A stretch of 64,000 nt of DNA, from the NCBI GenBank assembly GCA_040768245.1, contig JAXGNA010000008.1:1812-65811 (forward strand). The letters run 5' to 3'. A model generated the notes under the pieces. That model was given only the letters and a program-made list of their open reading frames with translations. It made no database searches and had not been told where the DNA came from. The DNA comes from Methanomassiliicoccales archaeon. GTDB lineage: Archaea; Thermoplasmatota; Thermoplasmata; Methanomassiliicoccales; UBA472. The position numbers and the translations under genes were made by a program. This document shows, piece by piece, positions 53,330 to 61,942 of the stretch. Each line of letters begins with the position of its first letter. Position 1 is the stretch's first letter.

Positions 53330-53548
53330 ATGGTATCCCCACAAGTAGAGAAGCTGTTCACCGCCATGGTGAAGGCCGGAGCGACCGCCGAGGACAAGGC
53401 AATCAGCGCCGAGAAGGCCACCTCCCTGTCCAAGCTGCCCAAGGCGCAGTGCATGAACGCCATTCAGGAACTGAAGAAGCTTGGCGCGCTCAAGGACAAG
53501 AAGAACAACAATTCCGTATACTATTATCTGGTGAAAACTTCGCTGTGA
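53330..53548 (+). CDS. small winged-helix-like DNA-binding protein (72 aa)
   Basis: 'ISAEKATSLSKLPKAQCMNAIQELKKLGALKDKKNNNSVYYYLV' has helix-turn-helix plus wing character. It is preceded by about 130 nt of AT-rich sequence. The overlapping track ORF 53278..53619 has implausible composition. Confidence 0.45.
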   Translation: MVSPQVEKLFTAMVKAGATAEDKAISAEKATSLSKLPKAQCMNAIQELKKLGALKDKKNNNSVYYYLVKTSL

Positions 53549-53557
53549 GCATGCCCG

Positions 53558-53584
53558 GGGATGCCTGGCATCCCTCGGGATGCC
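53558..53584. promoter_or_regulatory. GGGATGCC-T-GGCATCCC perfect palindrome plus a third GGGATGCC half-site
   Basis: A 17-nt perfect inverted repeat (53558..53574) starts 10 nt after the small wHTH gene stop. A direct copy of the half-site lies at 53577..53584. The element is about 100 nt upstream of the preferred proA start. Confidence 0.4.
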
Positions 53585-53681
53585 CCCGATCAAACCTCTT
53601 CATCACCTGTCTGTTCTAGACCAATCTCAGCATGAGTTGTCGAAAGGTTCATCAAATCCACCTGCCATGCCATGCTCCGTC

Positions 53682-54971
53682 ATGGACGCTGTGGAGAATG
53701 CCGCAAGGAACGCCAAGGACGCCTCATACTGCTTGCAGAGCCTGACCCAGGCGGTCAGGAACGAGGCTCTGCAGGAGATCGCCGCGGCCCTGCAGGAGCA
53801 TGCTGATGAAATAACCAGGGCCAACCAGGCCGATGTCAGGGAGGCGGAGAAGGCCGGATTGCCCAAGGTGCTCATCAAACGCCTGGGTTACGATCGCTCC
53901 AAGATACTGGAGTCCGTGGAGTCGCTGCGCTCCCTGATCAAGCAGGAGGACCCCATCGGAAAACTGGTGTCCAGCACCGAGCTGGATTCCGGGCTCGTCC
54001 TAGAAAGGGTCACCTGCCCCATAGGCGTGATCGGGGTGATCTTCGAGGCGCGGCCGGAGGCGTTGGTGCAGATATCGTCCTTATGCCTGAAGTCCGGCAA
54101 CGCCGTCATCCTCAAAGGCGGATCGGAAGCGCATCGGACGAACGAGATTTTGGCCCAGGTCATCGTGAAGGCCGTGACCGACCTGGACGAGAGGTTCGCC
54201 TCCGCGGTCCAGCTGCTATCCACCAGGGAGGAGATCAACCGGCTTCTGGCCATGGACCAGTTCGTCGATCTCATAATTCCCCGCGGCTCAAATCAGCTGG
54301 TGCGTTTCATCAAGGAGCACACCAAGATACCGGTGCTGGGGCATGCCGATGGCATTTGCCATACCTACGTGGACGAGTCGGCCGACCTGGAGATGGCCCT
54401 GCGGATCTGCTTCGACGCCAAGGTCCAGTATCCCGCGGTGTGCAACGCCATGGAGACGCTGCTGGTCCATGAGAATGTCGCCCTGACGTTCATTCCGGCC
54501 ATGGCCGAGCGGTTCCATCAGGCGGGCGTCGAGCTCCGCGGCGACGAGGGCGCCTGCTCCTTGGCCGAGATGAACCCGGCCAGCGAGGAGGACTGGAGCA
54601 CCGAGTACAACGATCTGGTCCTGTCGGTCAAGATCGTCTCCTCTTTGGAGGAGGCGGTGGCCCACGTCAACCGGTACGGGTCGCATCACAGCGACGCGAT
54701 AATCGCTTCCGACGAGAGGGCGGCGCAGCGCTTCATGGACGAGGTGGACTCCTCCTCGGTGATGTGGAACTGCTCCACCCGCTTCGCGGACGGCTTCCGC
54801 TACGGCCTGGGGGCGGAGGTGGGGATAAGCACCAACAAGACCCACGCCCGCGGACCGGTGGGACTGGAAGGCCTGACAATCTACAAATACCGGCTGAGGG
54901 GCTCAGGCCATATCGTCTCCGAATATGTGGGCGAGAACGCCAGACGGTTCACCCACAGGAAGTTGCTATGA
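53682..54971 (+). CDS. proA: gamma-glutamyl phosphate reductase
   Basis: 429 aa from 'MDAVENAARNAKDAS'. 'IGVIFEARPEA', 'ILKGGSEA', 'IPRGSNQLV' and catalytic Cys context 'YPAVCNAMETLLVH'. The track start at 53580 adds 34 non-conserved residues. Confidence 0.9.
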   Translation: MDAVENAARNAKDASYCLQSLTQAVRNEALQEIAAALQEHADEITRANQADVREAEKAGLPKVLIKRLGYDRSKILESVESLRSLIKQEDPIGKLVSSTELDSGLVLERVTCPIGVIGVIFEARPEALVQISSLCLKSGNAVILKGGSEAHRTNEILAQVIVKAVTDLDERFASAVQLLSTREEINRLLAMDQFVDLIIPRGSNQLVRFIKEHTKIPVLGHADGICHTYVDESADLEMALRICFDAKVQYPAVCNAMETLLVHENVALTFIPAMAERFHQAGVELRGDEGACSLAEMNPASEEDWSTEYNDLVLSVKIVSSLEEAVAHVNRYGSHHSDAIIASDERAAQRFMDEVDSSSVMWNCSTRFADGFRYGLGAEVGISTNKTHARGPVGLEGLTIYKYRLRGSGHIVSEYVGENARRFTHRKLL

Positions 54972-56068
54972 GGGATCTCAGCGTCACCCGGGCGGTCATC
55001 AAGATCGGCACCAACACCATCTGCGACGAGGAGGGCAATGTAGACTCGGTCTATCTGGACGGCATCGCCCGCCAGGTGCTCGAACTGGAAAGGATGGGCA
55101 TACAGTCCATCATCGTCACCTCCGGGGCCATTGGTTCCGGGAGCAGCGAGCTCGGTCTCGACGATGTGCAGAAGGACATCCCGCACAAGCAGGCCTGCGC
55201 CGCGGTCGGGCAGGCGGCCCTCATGCTCACCTACAGGGAGGTCTTCGCCCGCCACAACAAGTCGGTGGGGCAGCTGCTGCTTACCTATGACGCCTTCTCG
55301 GACCGCAAGGTGTATCTGAACCTCCGGAAGACGGTGGACGCCCTGTTCGAGCTTGGGGTGATCCCCATCGTCAACGAGAACGACGTCATATCCACCGACG
55401 AGATCGGGGCCACCTTCGGCGACAACGACAAGTTGTCCGCCCTCGTCGCCAGCAAGGTGGACGCCGACCTGCTCATATTGCTGACGGACGTAGATGGCCT
55501 CTACGACCGCAACCCGGAGACGGACCAGGACGCCCGTTTCATCGACACGGTCGACGAGATAACCAAGGACATCGAGATGATGGCCGGGGGAGGGACCAGC
55601 GGCCGTTCCAGGGGCGGGATGAAGACCAAGATAAACGCCGCCCGCATAGCTATGGGCGCCGGGTGCAACACTGTCATCGCCAACGGACGCGTGAAGGACG
55701 TCATCGTCCGCATCGTTAGAGGGGAGAGCGTGGGCACGTTCTTCTCGGCCAAGGCGCTGTACAGCAACCGGGAGCGCTGGATCCTTTACGCAAGCCCGAG
55801 AGGCAAGATTATGGTGGACGCGGGAGCTGAGGAGGCCCTGCGCGACGGGGGGAGCCTTCTTCCGTGCGGCATCACCTCCGTGGAAGGACGCTTCAAGGAG
55901 GGCGACGTCGTTCGTCTGGGTACCTTCGCCAAGGGAGTGGTGAACTTCCCGTCGGGCGAGATAATGCAGCTCAAGGCGGAGTGCGAGAAGGAGAAGAGGA
56001 AAGGTAAGCACAAGGTCCACAACGGCTCGGTGGTGATGGACCACTGCAACATAGTGTTCCACGAATGA
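54968..56068 (+). CDS. proB: glutamate 5-kinase with PUA domain
   Basis: 366 aa from 'MRDLSVTRAVIKIGTNTI' (ATGA overlap with the proA stop). 'IVTSGAIGSG', 'IVNENDVISTDEI..FGDNDKLSA', 'GGMKTKINAA' and a C-terminal PUA 'KIMVDAGAEEAL'. Confidence 0.92.
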   Translation: MRDLSVTRAVIKIGTNTICDEEGNVDSVYLDGIARQVLELERMGIQSIIVTSGAIGSGSSELGLDDVQKDIPHKQACAAVGQAALMLTYREVFARHNKSVGQLLLTYDAFSDRKVYLNLRKTVDALFELGVIPIVNENDVISTDEIGATFGDNDKLSALVASKVDADLLILLTDVDGLYDRNPETDQDARFIDTVDEITKDIEMMAGGGTSGRSRGGMKTKINAARIAMGAGCNTVIANGRVKDVIVRIVRGESVGTFFSAKALYSNRERWILYASPRGKIMVDAGAEEALRDGGSLLPCGITSVEGRFKEGDVVRLGTFAKGVVNFPSGEIMQLKAECEKEKRKGKHKVHNGSVVMDHCNIVFHE

Positions 56069-56124
56069 GCTGACTCACCGCCAAGGAGTAAGCTTTACTG
56101 GTCGTTCTGTTCATATCCCAGCTC

Positions 56125-57306
56125 ATGGAAGTGGGGAAGCTTCTGTCCAAGTGGTGGTTCATCGCCCTGATCTCCTTGGCCATAGGGATGGGATCGGCCT
56201 ATCTGGCCTTTGATGTCGTTTTCCGGGAAATGGTGAACCTGGACGGGGAGATGATCTCCACCAGCCCATTGATGGCCGCATTTCTCTACCTCTCCCTGAG
56301 CGGCTACCTGGTCCTGTTCATCTGCTCGCTGCTGACCGTGGCTCCCCGACATGCGATGGTCGGTAAGGGATTCCCAGGACCGGATGCCCTGGCCAGAGAG
56401 GGCCGGGAGGTCAAAGTCGGGAAGGGCTCGTACGATATCAGGGTGGCCAAGTACTCCCTGGTCAGGGTATACCCGGAGGACGGGAAGTTCCGATGCCTGC
56501 CCACATCTACCGGATTTTGGGGGATCGCCCTGCTGTCCCTGGGGCCACAGTTCGTGATGTTCGCCTTTCCCTTCCTTCTCTACATAAACGACAGATGCTG
56601 GAGATCGGTGAACGAACTGGCCTTGAAGGAGAAGGAGGCCCCGGCGGAAGCCGAGATAGGTACCGACGAACTGGTCCAGGACAGCCTGTTGAGGACCTAT
56701 GTGCTGGCCAGGGAGGCCGCGGACATCCGGAGGTCGTCCTTTCAGGACCAGGCCCTCATCCTGGCCGCCCTTTCCTTGCTGGCTTGGGCGGTCCTGGTAA
56801 TGCTAAACGCCCCCACCATCACGGAGGATGGTTGGCTCGGGTGGTTCACCCTGGGGACCGTGGTCATCGTCGTCGCGACCGTCTCCGGCCTTCTGGTCCT
56901 CCGAAGGCGGAGCAGGGAGAAGGAGGCCCAGGAGGAGGAATGGGCCAGAAGGCTCTATTCGGCCATGGGCGGGACGGGTACGACCTCCTCGATCGAGGTC
57001 CTCCTGGACGCCTGCCTGGAGGTGCCGAGGTGGCTCACCCTACATAGGAAAGGAATCTGGACCAGGGAGCCGGGGAAGACCTTTCTGACCTTCGTCCTGC
57101 TGGTGGCCGGATCGAACGGACTGATGCAACACGATTCAATCTGGTGGGGCTACCTACTGTTGTCGATCGCCTTCCTGGCCCTGGGAGCTTCCTTGTTCTC
57201 CTGGATGGCCATCGCATCCTGGAGGGAAACGCGGGACCTAAGGCGCCAATGGGATGAACGGATGAAGGAGATGGGCTCTCTCCTGGAACCCGAGGGGAGG
57301 GACTGA
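56125..57306 (+). CDS. hypothetical polytopic membrane protein
   Basis: 393 aa with about 8 hydrophobic helices and charged loops. No family recognised. It ends 5 nt before the next gene. Confidence 0.5.
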   Translation: MEVGKLLSKWWFIALISLAIGMGSAYLAFDVVFREMVNLDGEMISTSPLMAAFLYLSLSGYLVLFICSLLTVAPRHAMVGKGFPGPDALAREGREVKVGKGSYDIRVAKYSLVRVYPEDGKFRCLPTSTGFWGIALLSLGPQFVMFAFPFLLYINDRCWRSVNELALKEKEAPAEAEIGTDELVQDSLLRTYVLAREAADIRRSSFQDQALILAALSLLAWAVLVMLNAPTITEDGWLGWFTLGTVVIVVATVSGLLVLRRRSREKEAQEEEWARRLYSAMGGTGTTSSIEVLLDACLEVPRWLTLHRKGIWTREPGKTFLTFVLLVAGSNGLMQHDSIWWGYLLLSIAFLALGASLFSWMAIASWRETRDLRRQWDERMKEMGSLLEPEGRD

Positions 57307-57311
57307 ACCCC

Positions 57312-57581
57312 ATGGACCGGCCGGACCTCTACGTGGTGGCCAGGATCCTCGAGCGCCTCTGGCGGGAGACGGAACCGATGCTCAGGACCCGTCTGCAGGT
57401 GGCGGTGGGCACCAACTTCGACGTTCTCACCAAATATCTCCATTGGATGCAGGAGAGGGGATTGGTGGTCTTCGTGGAGAACGATGGGCACCAGAAGGTC
57501 CTGCTCACCGAAGAGGGCAGGGACTCATATCGAAAACTGGTCGGCTGGATCAACGAAACGGTCCATGGTAAGTTCAGATGA
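57312..57581 (+). CDS. small winged-helix protein (89 aa)
   Basis: 'RTRLQVAVGTNFDVLTKYLHWMQERGLVVFVENDGHQKVLLTEEGRDSYRKL' fits a wHTH with a beta-wing. Confidence 0.58.
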   Translation: MDRPDLYVVARILERLWRETEPMLRTRLQVAVGTNFDVLTKYLHWMQERGLVVFVENDGHQKVLLTEEGRDSYRKLVGWINETVHGKFR

Positions 57582-57587
57582 CCCGCC

Positions 57588-58652
57588 TCAGGCCGACCGG
57601 AAGGTCAGCTCGAAGCGCGCCCCGCCCCGGGGGTCGTTCCTGGCGTCGATGCTTCCACCGTACCGTTGCATGGTCCTCATGACCAGGTAAAGTCCCAGAC
57701 CGGTGCCGCGGGATTCGCCGAAGGCCACCCCTTCCATGAACACCCTGGAAAGATACTCTTCCTTGATGCCGGTGCCATCGTCGCGGACCGTGAGCACGGT
57801 CCGGTCCCCGGATGGCGCTATCGTGAACTCCATCCTTTCCGCCCTCCCGTGGCGCTTGGCGTTCCTGGCCAGATTCTCGATTATCGCGGCCAGCGTGGGA
57901 TCGGCCAGTACCTTTCCCTCCCCGGCCACGGAGTAAGGCATGTCCAGACCTCCCATCACCTTGTCGATGGACTCATGGAGATCGGTGGAGGCCATCTCCG
58001 TCCGGGAGAACAGGAAGTGGTCCAGCTCTCTCATCTGGGTGATGATGTTCTGCATGCGCTGCAAGGATGCCTGGGCACGGAGCAGGTCCTTCTCCCGGCT
58101 GTTCAGCTTGTAGAGGTCCAGGGAGGAGCTGATCACCAGCAGCTCGTTCGCTATATCGTGCCGCAGTATCTTGTTGGCCACGCCCAGGGACTCCGAGAGC
58201 CTGGCCAGCCTGTCCTGGGAGTCTCGCAGCTCCTGCAGCAGGCGGATGCTGGAGAAGGCTATCTCCAGGGCGTCCGGTATGATCAGCAGCACGGAGAGCT
58301 TCTCATCCAGGGAGCGGGGGTTGTCCACGCCGTCGGCGCCCAGTATCCCGACCCGAACCCCCTTCTCCTTTATGGCCAGGGCGAAGCCTTTCTTGGACGG
58401 GAGCAGCTTTACTATCTGATTGGGCAGAAGGTGCATTCCGGCGGTCCACTGGCCGCAGTCGCCCATGGGGCGCCCCCCGTCCTCGGGAAGATAGCAGATA
58501 GAGACCGGCTGGAAAACCCCGGCCACCATGTCCATGACCGCCCTTAGGGCCGATTCGCGGTCCTCGCATCCCTGCAAGGTGTGCATGAGGTCCAGTAACT
58601 GCGAGCGGCTGCGGTCGAGGTCTTGATTATCGTTCATGATAAGCTGGTCCAA
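57588..58652 (-). CDS. sensor histidine kinase (GAF/PAS-like N-domain)
   Basis: 354 aa. H-box 'ILRHDIANELLVI', N-box 'IIENLARNAKRHG', 'VRDDGTGI' and 'GTGLGLYLV'. No cognate response regulator is present in the window. Confidence 0.8.
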   Translation of the reverse strand: MDQLIMNDNQDLDRSRSQLLDLMHTLQGCEDRESALRAVMDMVAGVFQPVSICYLPEDGGRPMGDCGQWTAGMHLLPNQIVKLLPSKKGFALAIKEKGVRVGILGADGVDNPRSLDEKLSVLLIIPDALEIAFSSIRLLQELRDSQDRLARLSESLGVANKILRHDIANELLVISSSLDLYKLNSREKDLLRAQASLQRMQNIITQMRELDHFLFSRTEMASTDLHESIDKVMGGLDMPYSVAGEGKVLADPTLAAIIENLARNAKRHGRAERMEFTIAPSGDRTVLTVRDDGTGIKEEYLSRVFMEGVAFGESRGTGLGLYLVMRTMQRYGGSIDARNDPRGGARFELTFRSA

Positions 58653-58684
58653 CTATCCCTTCAGGCTATAAAATCGTTACATGT

Positions 58685-59029
58685 TCATTTAGGCTTTTGA
58701 TATTCACTAGGAACAGAGAGGACGCTTTCCGATATCCAATCCAGATAGGGTTGGTGGCCTTCGGCGATATCGTAGCGGACCATGCACGGGACCTCGTAGG
58801 GATGGACCTTGAGGATCTCCGACCGCAGGGCCTCGAACCCCTCGGTAGGCACCTTGAAGAGCATGGCCGCCTCCGGCTCACGCTTGACATTTCCCTGCCA
58901 GCGGTAGATCGAGAGGACCTCCCAGATGTTCACGCAGGCCGCCAAACCCCGCTCGACCATCAACTGGCCGATCTCGTTCGCCGCCCTAAGGTCGGGTGCG
59001 GTCACCAGCACCGAGGAGTACATGAGCAA
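58685..59029 (-). CDS. cutA: divalent-cation tolerance protein CutA
   Basis: 114 aa. 'LAACVNI...SIYRWQGNV...E..MLFKV....F..L...I...HPYEVP' is the CutA1 signature. Confidence 0.87.
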   Translation of the reverse strand: MLMYSSVLVTAPDLRAANEIGQLMVERGLAACVNIWEVLSIYRWQGNVKREPEAAMLFKVPTEGFEALRSEILKVHPYEVPCMVRYDIAEGHQPYLDWISESVLSVPSEYQKPK

Positions 59030-59062
59030 TGATCAACGGCCGACATGATGAAGGATGCCCTC

Positions 59063-59329
59063 TCATCTCATCAGGTCGTTGAGAAGGTCGTGCACCAGCC
59101 AGACGTCCATCGGACCGACCAGGCCGTCCTGCTTCTTGGGGCCTTCCGTACCAAGCGGAAGCCTCTGGCTGACCCCGTTTATCGGGATGTCCGAACGTAT
59201 CAGGGAGCGGGTGACGCTGCCCAGCTGATACTCCTCGAAGAAGTAGTCCAGCATCTCAGGGTCGGGGATTATGGCCTGGCCGACACGGGGATGGCGGGGC
59301 CGCAATAATCTGACCAGCAGAGAAGACAT
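59063..59329 (-). CDS. hypothetical protein (88 aa)
   Basis: Intact ORF co-oriented with cutA and the HAD-like gene. No recognisable motif. Confidence 0.35.
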   Translation of the reverse strand: MSSLLVRLLRPRHPRVGQAIIPDPEMLDYFFEEYQLGSVTRSLIRSDIPINGVSQRLPLGTEGPKKQDGLVGPMDVWLVHDLLNDLMR

Positions 59330-59398
59330 GTCCCTAGGGACAATGCCGAGCGTATTTTAACGTATCGTCCCTGTTGCGACAGAAGCGGTCAATGACGA

Positions 59399-60496
59399 TC
59401 ACAGGTCCGGGTAGCCGCGGACCACCTCGCGCACGCCAAGGCTCTCCTGATGGATGGAGGGTAAAGAACCCTTGTCCAGGCGGCGGACCGTCGGCATGCC
59501 CGAGGGGAAGGTGCGGGCGAACTCCCGTAGCAGGTACTCGTGCACCCCCCCGTTACCTCGAAGCCCTTCCAGGGACCAGTCCTCCAGGGCTTCCAGCACC
59601 CCGTCCCGGCCGCCGCGGTAGAACAGCTCGGCCAGTATGGAGGTCACGATGGCGTTCTCGGAGACCACGCCGACCTCCGCCTCCCTTAGAGCGGGAAGGT
59701 TGCCGTTGAAGGCCACGGACAGACCGCCGCTCCTCTTGACCACCTGCAGCACCCGGGCGTCCGTCTCCCCGTCGCCGACGTACATGCAGTCCTCCAGGGG
59801 GACGCTCATCCGCTTGCATATCTCCACCACCGATGTCGCTTTCTCATCCCCGCCCACGGGGTTCACCTGGCTGACCAGCTGGTACGAGGACAGGTCGGTC
59901 ATCTCGGTCCAGAATATCTCATCCAGCCGGCGGAGCACCAGCCGGTCGTCCGGGCCCAGGTCCCTGACGTTGCTGACCCTCTCCGGGACCTCCAGGAGCG
60001 GCAAGCGCACGATCTCCCTGGCCAGGTTGCGCAGCGTCTCCGTCTCCCAGTCCTCCATGTCCAGCATGTCCATGCTCAGACGGGTGCAGAAGGTGTTCTC
60101 GAATGGGAAACCTATCTGATCGCAGGCCGCACCCACGTAATGCTCGTAGCTGGTGCTGACGATGAAGCTGGACATCAGCTCCTGCGAGAAGCGCATGGCC
60201 TTGTCCGCCCCGGGAACGATGCGCATGCTCTCCCTGGAAAAACGGAGAAGCGAGGAATCCGTGGCCCCGTAGGCCTTGAGGAAAGGCAGTATCAGGCGCA
60301 GGGAGTCCCCGGGCTTGACCCCTTCCTTGCGAGACACGTTGGAAAGGACCTTCTCGTACCTCCGGACGGCCTGGAAGAGACGGTCGCCGTTCTCCACCAC
60401 GGCCGCGATGAGCTCGCGGGCGTTGTCGTTGGCGGTTATAGGTCCCTGCAGGTCGGAGACCAGGATCTTCCCTTCGAAAGGGAAGGCCTCGTCCAT
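59399..60496 (-). CDS. HAD-superfamily-like protein (resembles proteins annotated 'EhaR' in methanogens)
   Basis: 365 aa. Motif IV-like 'MYVGDGETDARVL'. The N-terminal 'ILVSDLQGPIT' sits where HAD motif I (DxDxT) belongs, but the second Asp is Gln. The EhaR resemblance is from memory, not a search. Confidence 0.5.
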   Translation of the reverse strand: MDEAFPFEGKILVSDLQGPITANDNARELIAAVVENGDRLFQAVRRYEKVLSNVSRKEGVKPGDSLRLILPFLKAYGATDSSLLRFSRESMRIVPGADKAMRFSQELMSSFIVSTSYEHYVGAACDQIGFPFENTFCTRLSMDMLDMEDWETETLRNLAREIVRLPLLEVPERVSNVRDLGPDDRLVLRRLDEIFWTEMTDLSSYQLVSQVNPVGGDEKATSVVEICKRMSVPLEDCMYVGDGETDARVLQVVKRSGGLSVAFNGNLPALREAEVGVVSENAIVTSILAELFYRGGRDGVLEALEDWSLEGLRGNGGVHEYLLREFARTFPSGMPTVRRLDKGSLPSIHQESLGVREVVRGYPDL

Positions 60497-60572
60497 TATG
60501 TCGAACTCCGTTCAGCTCACCTCCATCAGCGTGCGTAAAGGAGGGTCCCCTTATCTAGGTAACGATTCCTCC

Positions 60573-60977
60573 TCAGATATCGAAAACCACCCGGACCAGG
60601 GGCCGCACCGGATCGACCGACATCATGTGGTAGGTTATGGCCTTGATCTCCTTCTTGGGGTCATGCCTCTGCGCATCGTACTTCTCGCCCCAGGCCTGGC
60701 AATGCACCTCGCCGCCGAAGAAGGTCACCGAGAACTTGGAGAAGACCATGCCCGTGACATCGAACACGAAGAGCATCTCCGACAGGAAGTTGTAGAGCAT
60801 CGACTCGTGGTCGTGCCCCTCCACCACGATCTGCCGCTCCTCCCTCGCCCGCACCTTCGAGGCGTCCACCATCTGGTCCGTCAGGGCGTAGGCGGCGTTG
60901 GCGAAGCATTCCTCCAGGGAGTCGCCGAAGGCCTCCACCATCACGTCCGCGGTGTGGTCCAGGGTGCGGTACTTCAT
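60573..60977 (-). CDS. archease (RtcB tRNA-ligase activator)
   Basis: 134 aa from 'MKYRTLDHTADVMVEAFGDSLEECF', with a C-terminal 'IKAITYHMMSV'. The track's 26-codon N-terminal extension is rejected. Confidence 0.87.
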   Translation of the reverse strand: MKYRTLDHTADVMVEAFGDSLEECFANAAYALTDQMVDASKVRAREERQIVVEGHDHESMLYNFLSEMLFVFDVTGMVFSKFSVTFFGGEVHCQAWGEKYDAQRHDPKKEIKAITYHMMSVDPVRPLVRVVFDI

Positions 60978-61086
60978 GGCTTCGTGATGGTGGGCGTTGT
61001 TTAAAATAGCACGCCTGCCACCCGGGTCCGACCATATGCTGGGACCGGGGGACAAGGTTATATCAGGGTTTGGCGATTAAGCGCCG

Positions 61087-61905
61087 ATGCGACTCCTCAT
61101 CATCGGTAGCGGGGCCATCGGGACCACTCTGGCCGAGGCCATCCAGGAAATGGAAGAGTTCGATATATTCTACATAACCGACAAGAACGAGGACCGGGCG
61201 AGGAAGATCGCCGCCCGGTGCAAGAAGGCCAAGTTCATCTCCCCCACCGACGAGAGCATCAAGGCCCACCTGAAGAACGTCGACCTGGTGGTGGAGGCCG
61301 CCTCGCAGGAGGCCGTTCAACATTACGTGCCGATAGTTCTGGGCATGGGCGTGGACGTCCTGGTCATGAGCGTCGGCGCCTTCGCTGACGATGACACCAG
61401 GGAGAGGTGCTTCAACGTGGCCAAGCGCAAGGGCGGTCGCCTTTACGTTCCCTCCGGCGCCATCTGCGGCACGGACGGGCTGCATTCCGCCTCCGCCGAC
61501 GTGATCCACAGCGTCGAGCTGACCTCCACCAAGGGGCCCAAGAGCTTCCATGACAACGAATATCTGAGGTCCAAGGGCATCGACGTCAACGCGCTCAAGA
61601 AGAAGACCGTGCTCTTCGAGGGGCCGGCCCGGGAGGCCGTTCAGCACTTCCCGAAGAACGTGAACGTCTCCGCCACCATATCCCTCATCGGCATGGGCCT
61701 GGACAAGACCATGGTCAAGCTGGTCTGCGACCCCATGTGCGACTGCAACACCCACCGCCTGGAGGTCAAGGGGGAGTTCGGGCACATAGTCTGCGAGACG
61801 GACAACCTGCCGTTCCCGTCCAATCCGGCCACCAGCTATCTCGCCGCGCTCTCGGCCATCGCCGCCATAAGGCGCATCGCCGGCAACGTTTGGATAGGCA
61901 TCTAG
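61087..61905 (+). CDS. nadX: L-aspartate dehydrogenase
   Basis: 272 aa. 'LLIIGSGAIGTTLA' Rossmann motif, 'LVVEAASQEAV', 'SGAICGTDGL' and 'HRLEVKGEFG' are colinear with the NadX/DUF108 family. Confidence 0.83.
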   Translation: MRLLIIGSGAIGTTLAEAIQEMEEFDIFYITDKNEDRARKIAARCKKAKFISPTDESIKAHLKNVDLVVEAASQEAVQHYVPIVLGMGVDVLVMSVGAFADDDTRERCFNVAKRKGGRLYVPSGAICGTDGLHSASADVIHSVELTSTKGPKSFHDNEYLRSKGIDVNALKKKTVLFEGPAREAVQHFPKNVNVSATISLIGMGLDKTMVKLVCDPMCDCNTHRLEVKGEFGHIVCETDNLPFPSNPATSYLAALSAIAAIRRIAGNVWIGI

Positions 61906-61942
61906 GGATTTCCTAAATACCGCCAATTCCCTTCCGGGCCTC

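Noticed and set aside
53278-53619. 113-aa ORF overlapping the small wHTH gene
   Set aside because: Its translation is Arg/Gly/His-rich and it begins in the AT-rich promoter region. The 72-aa frame has normal protein composition.
54881-56062. 393-aa minus-strand ORF
   Set aside because: It is an antisense shadow of proB, and the proB motifs are unambiguous on the plus strand.
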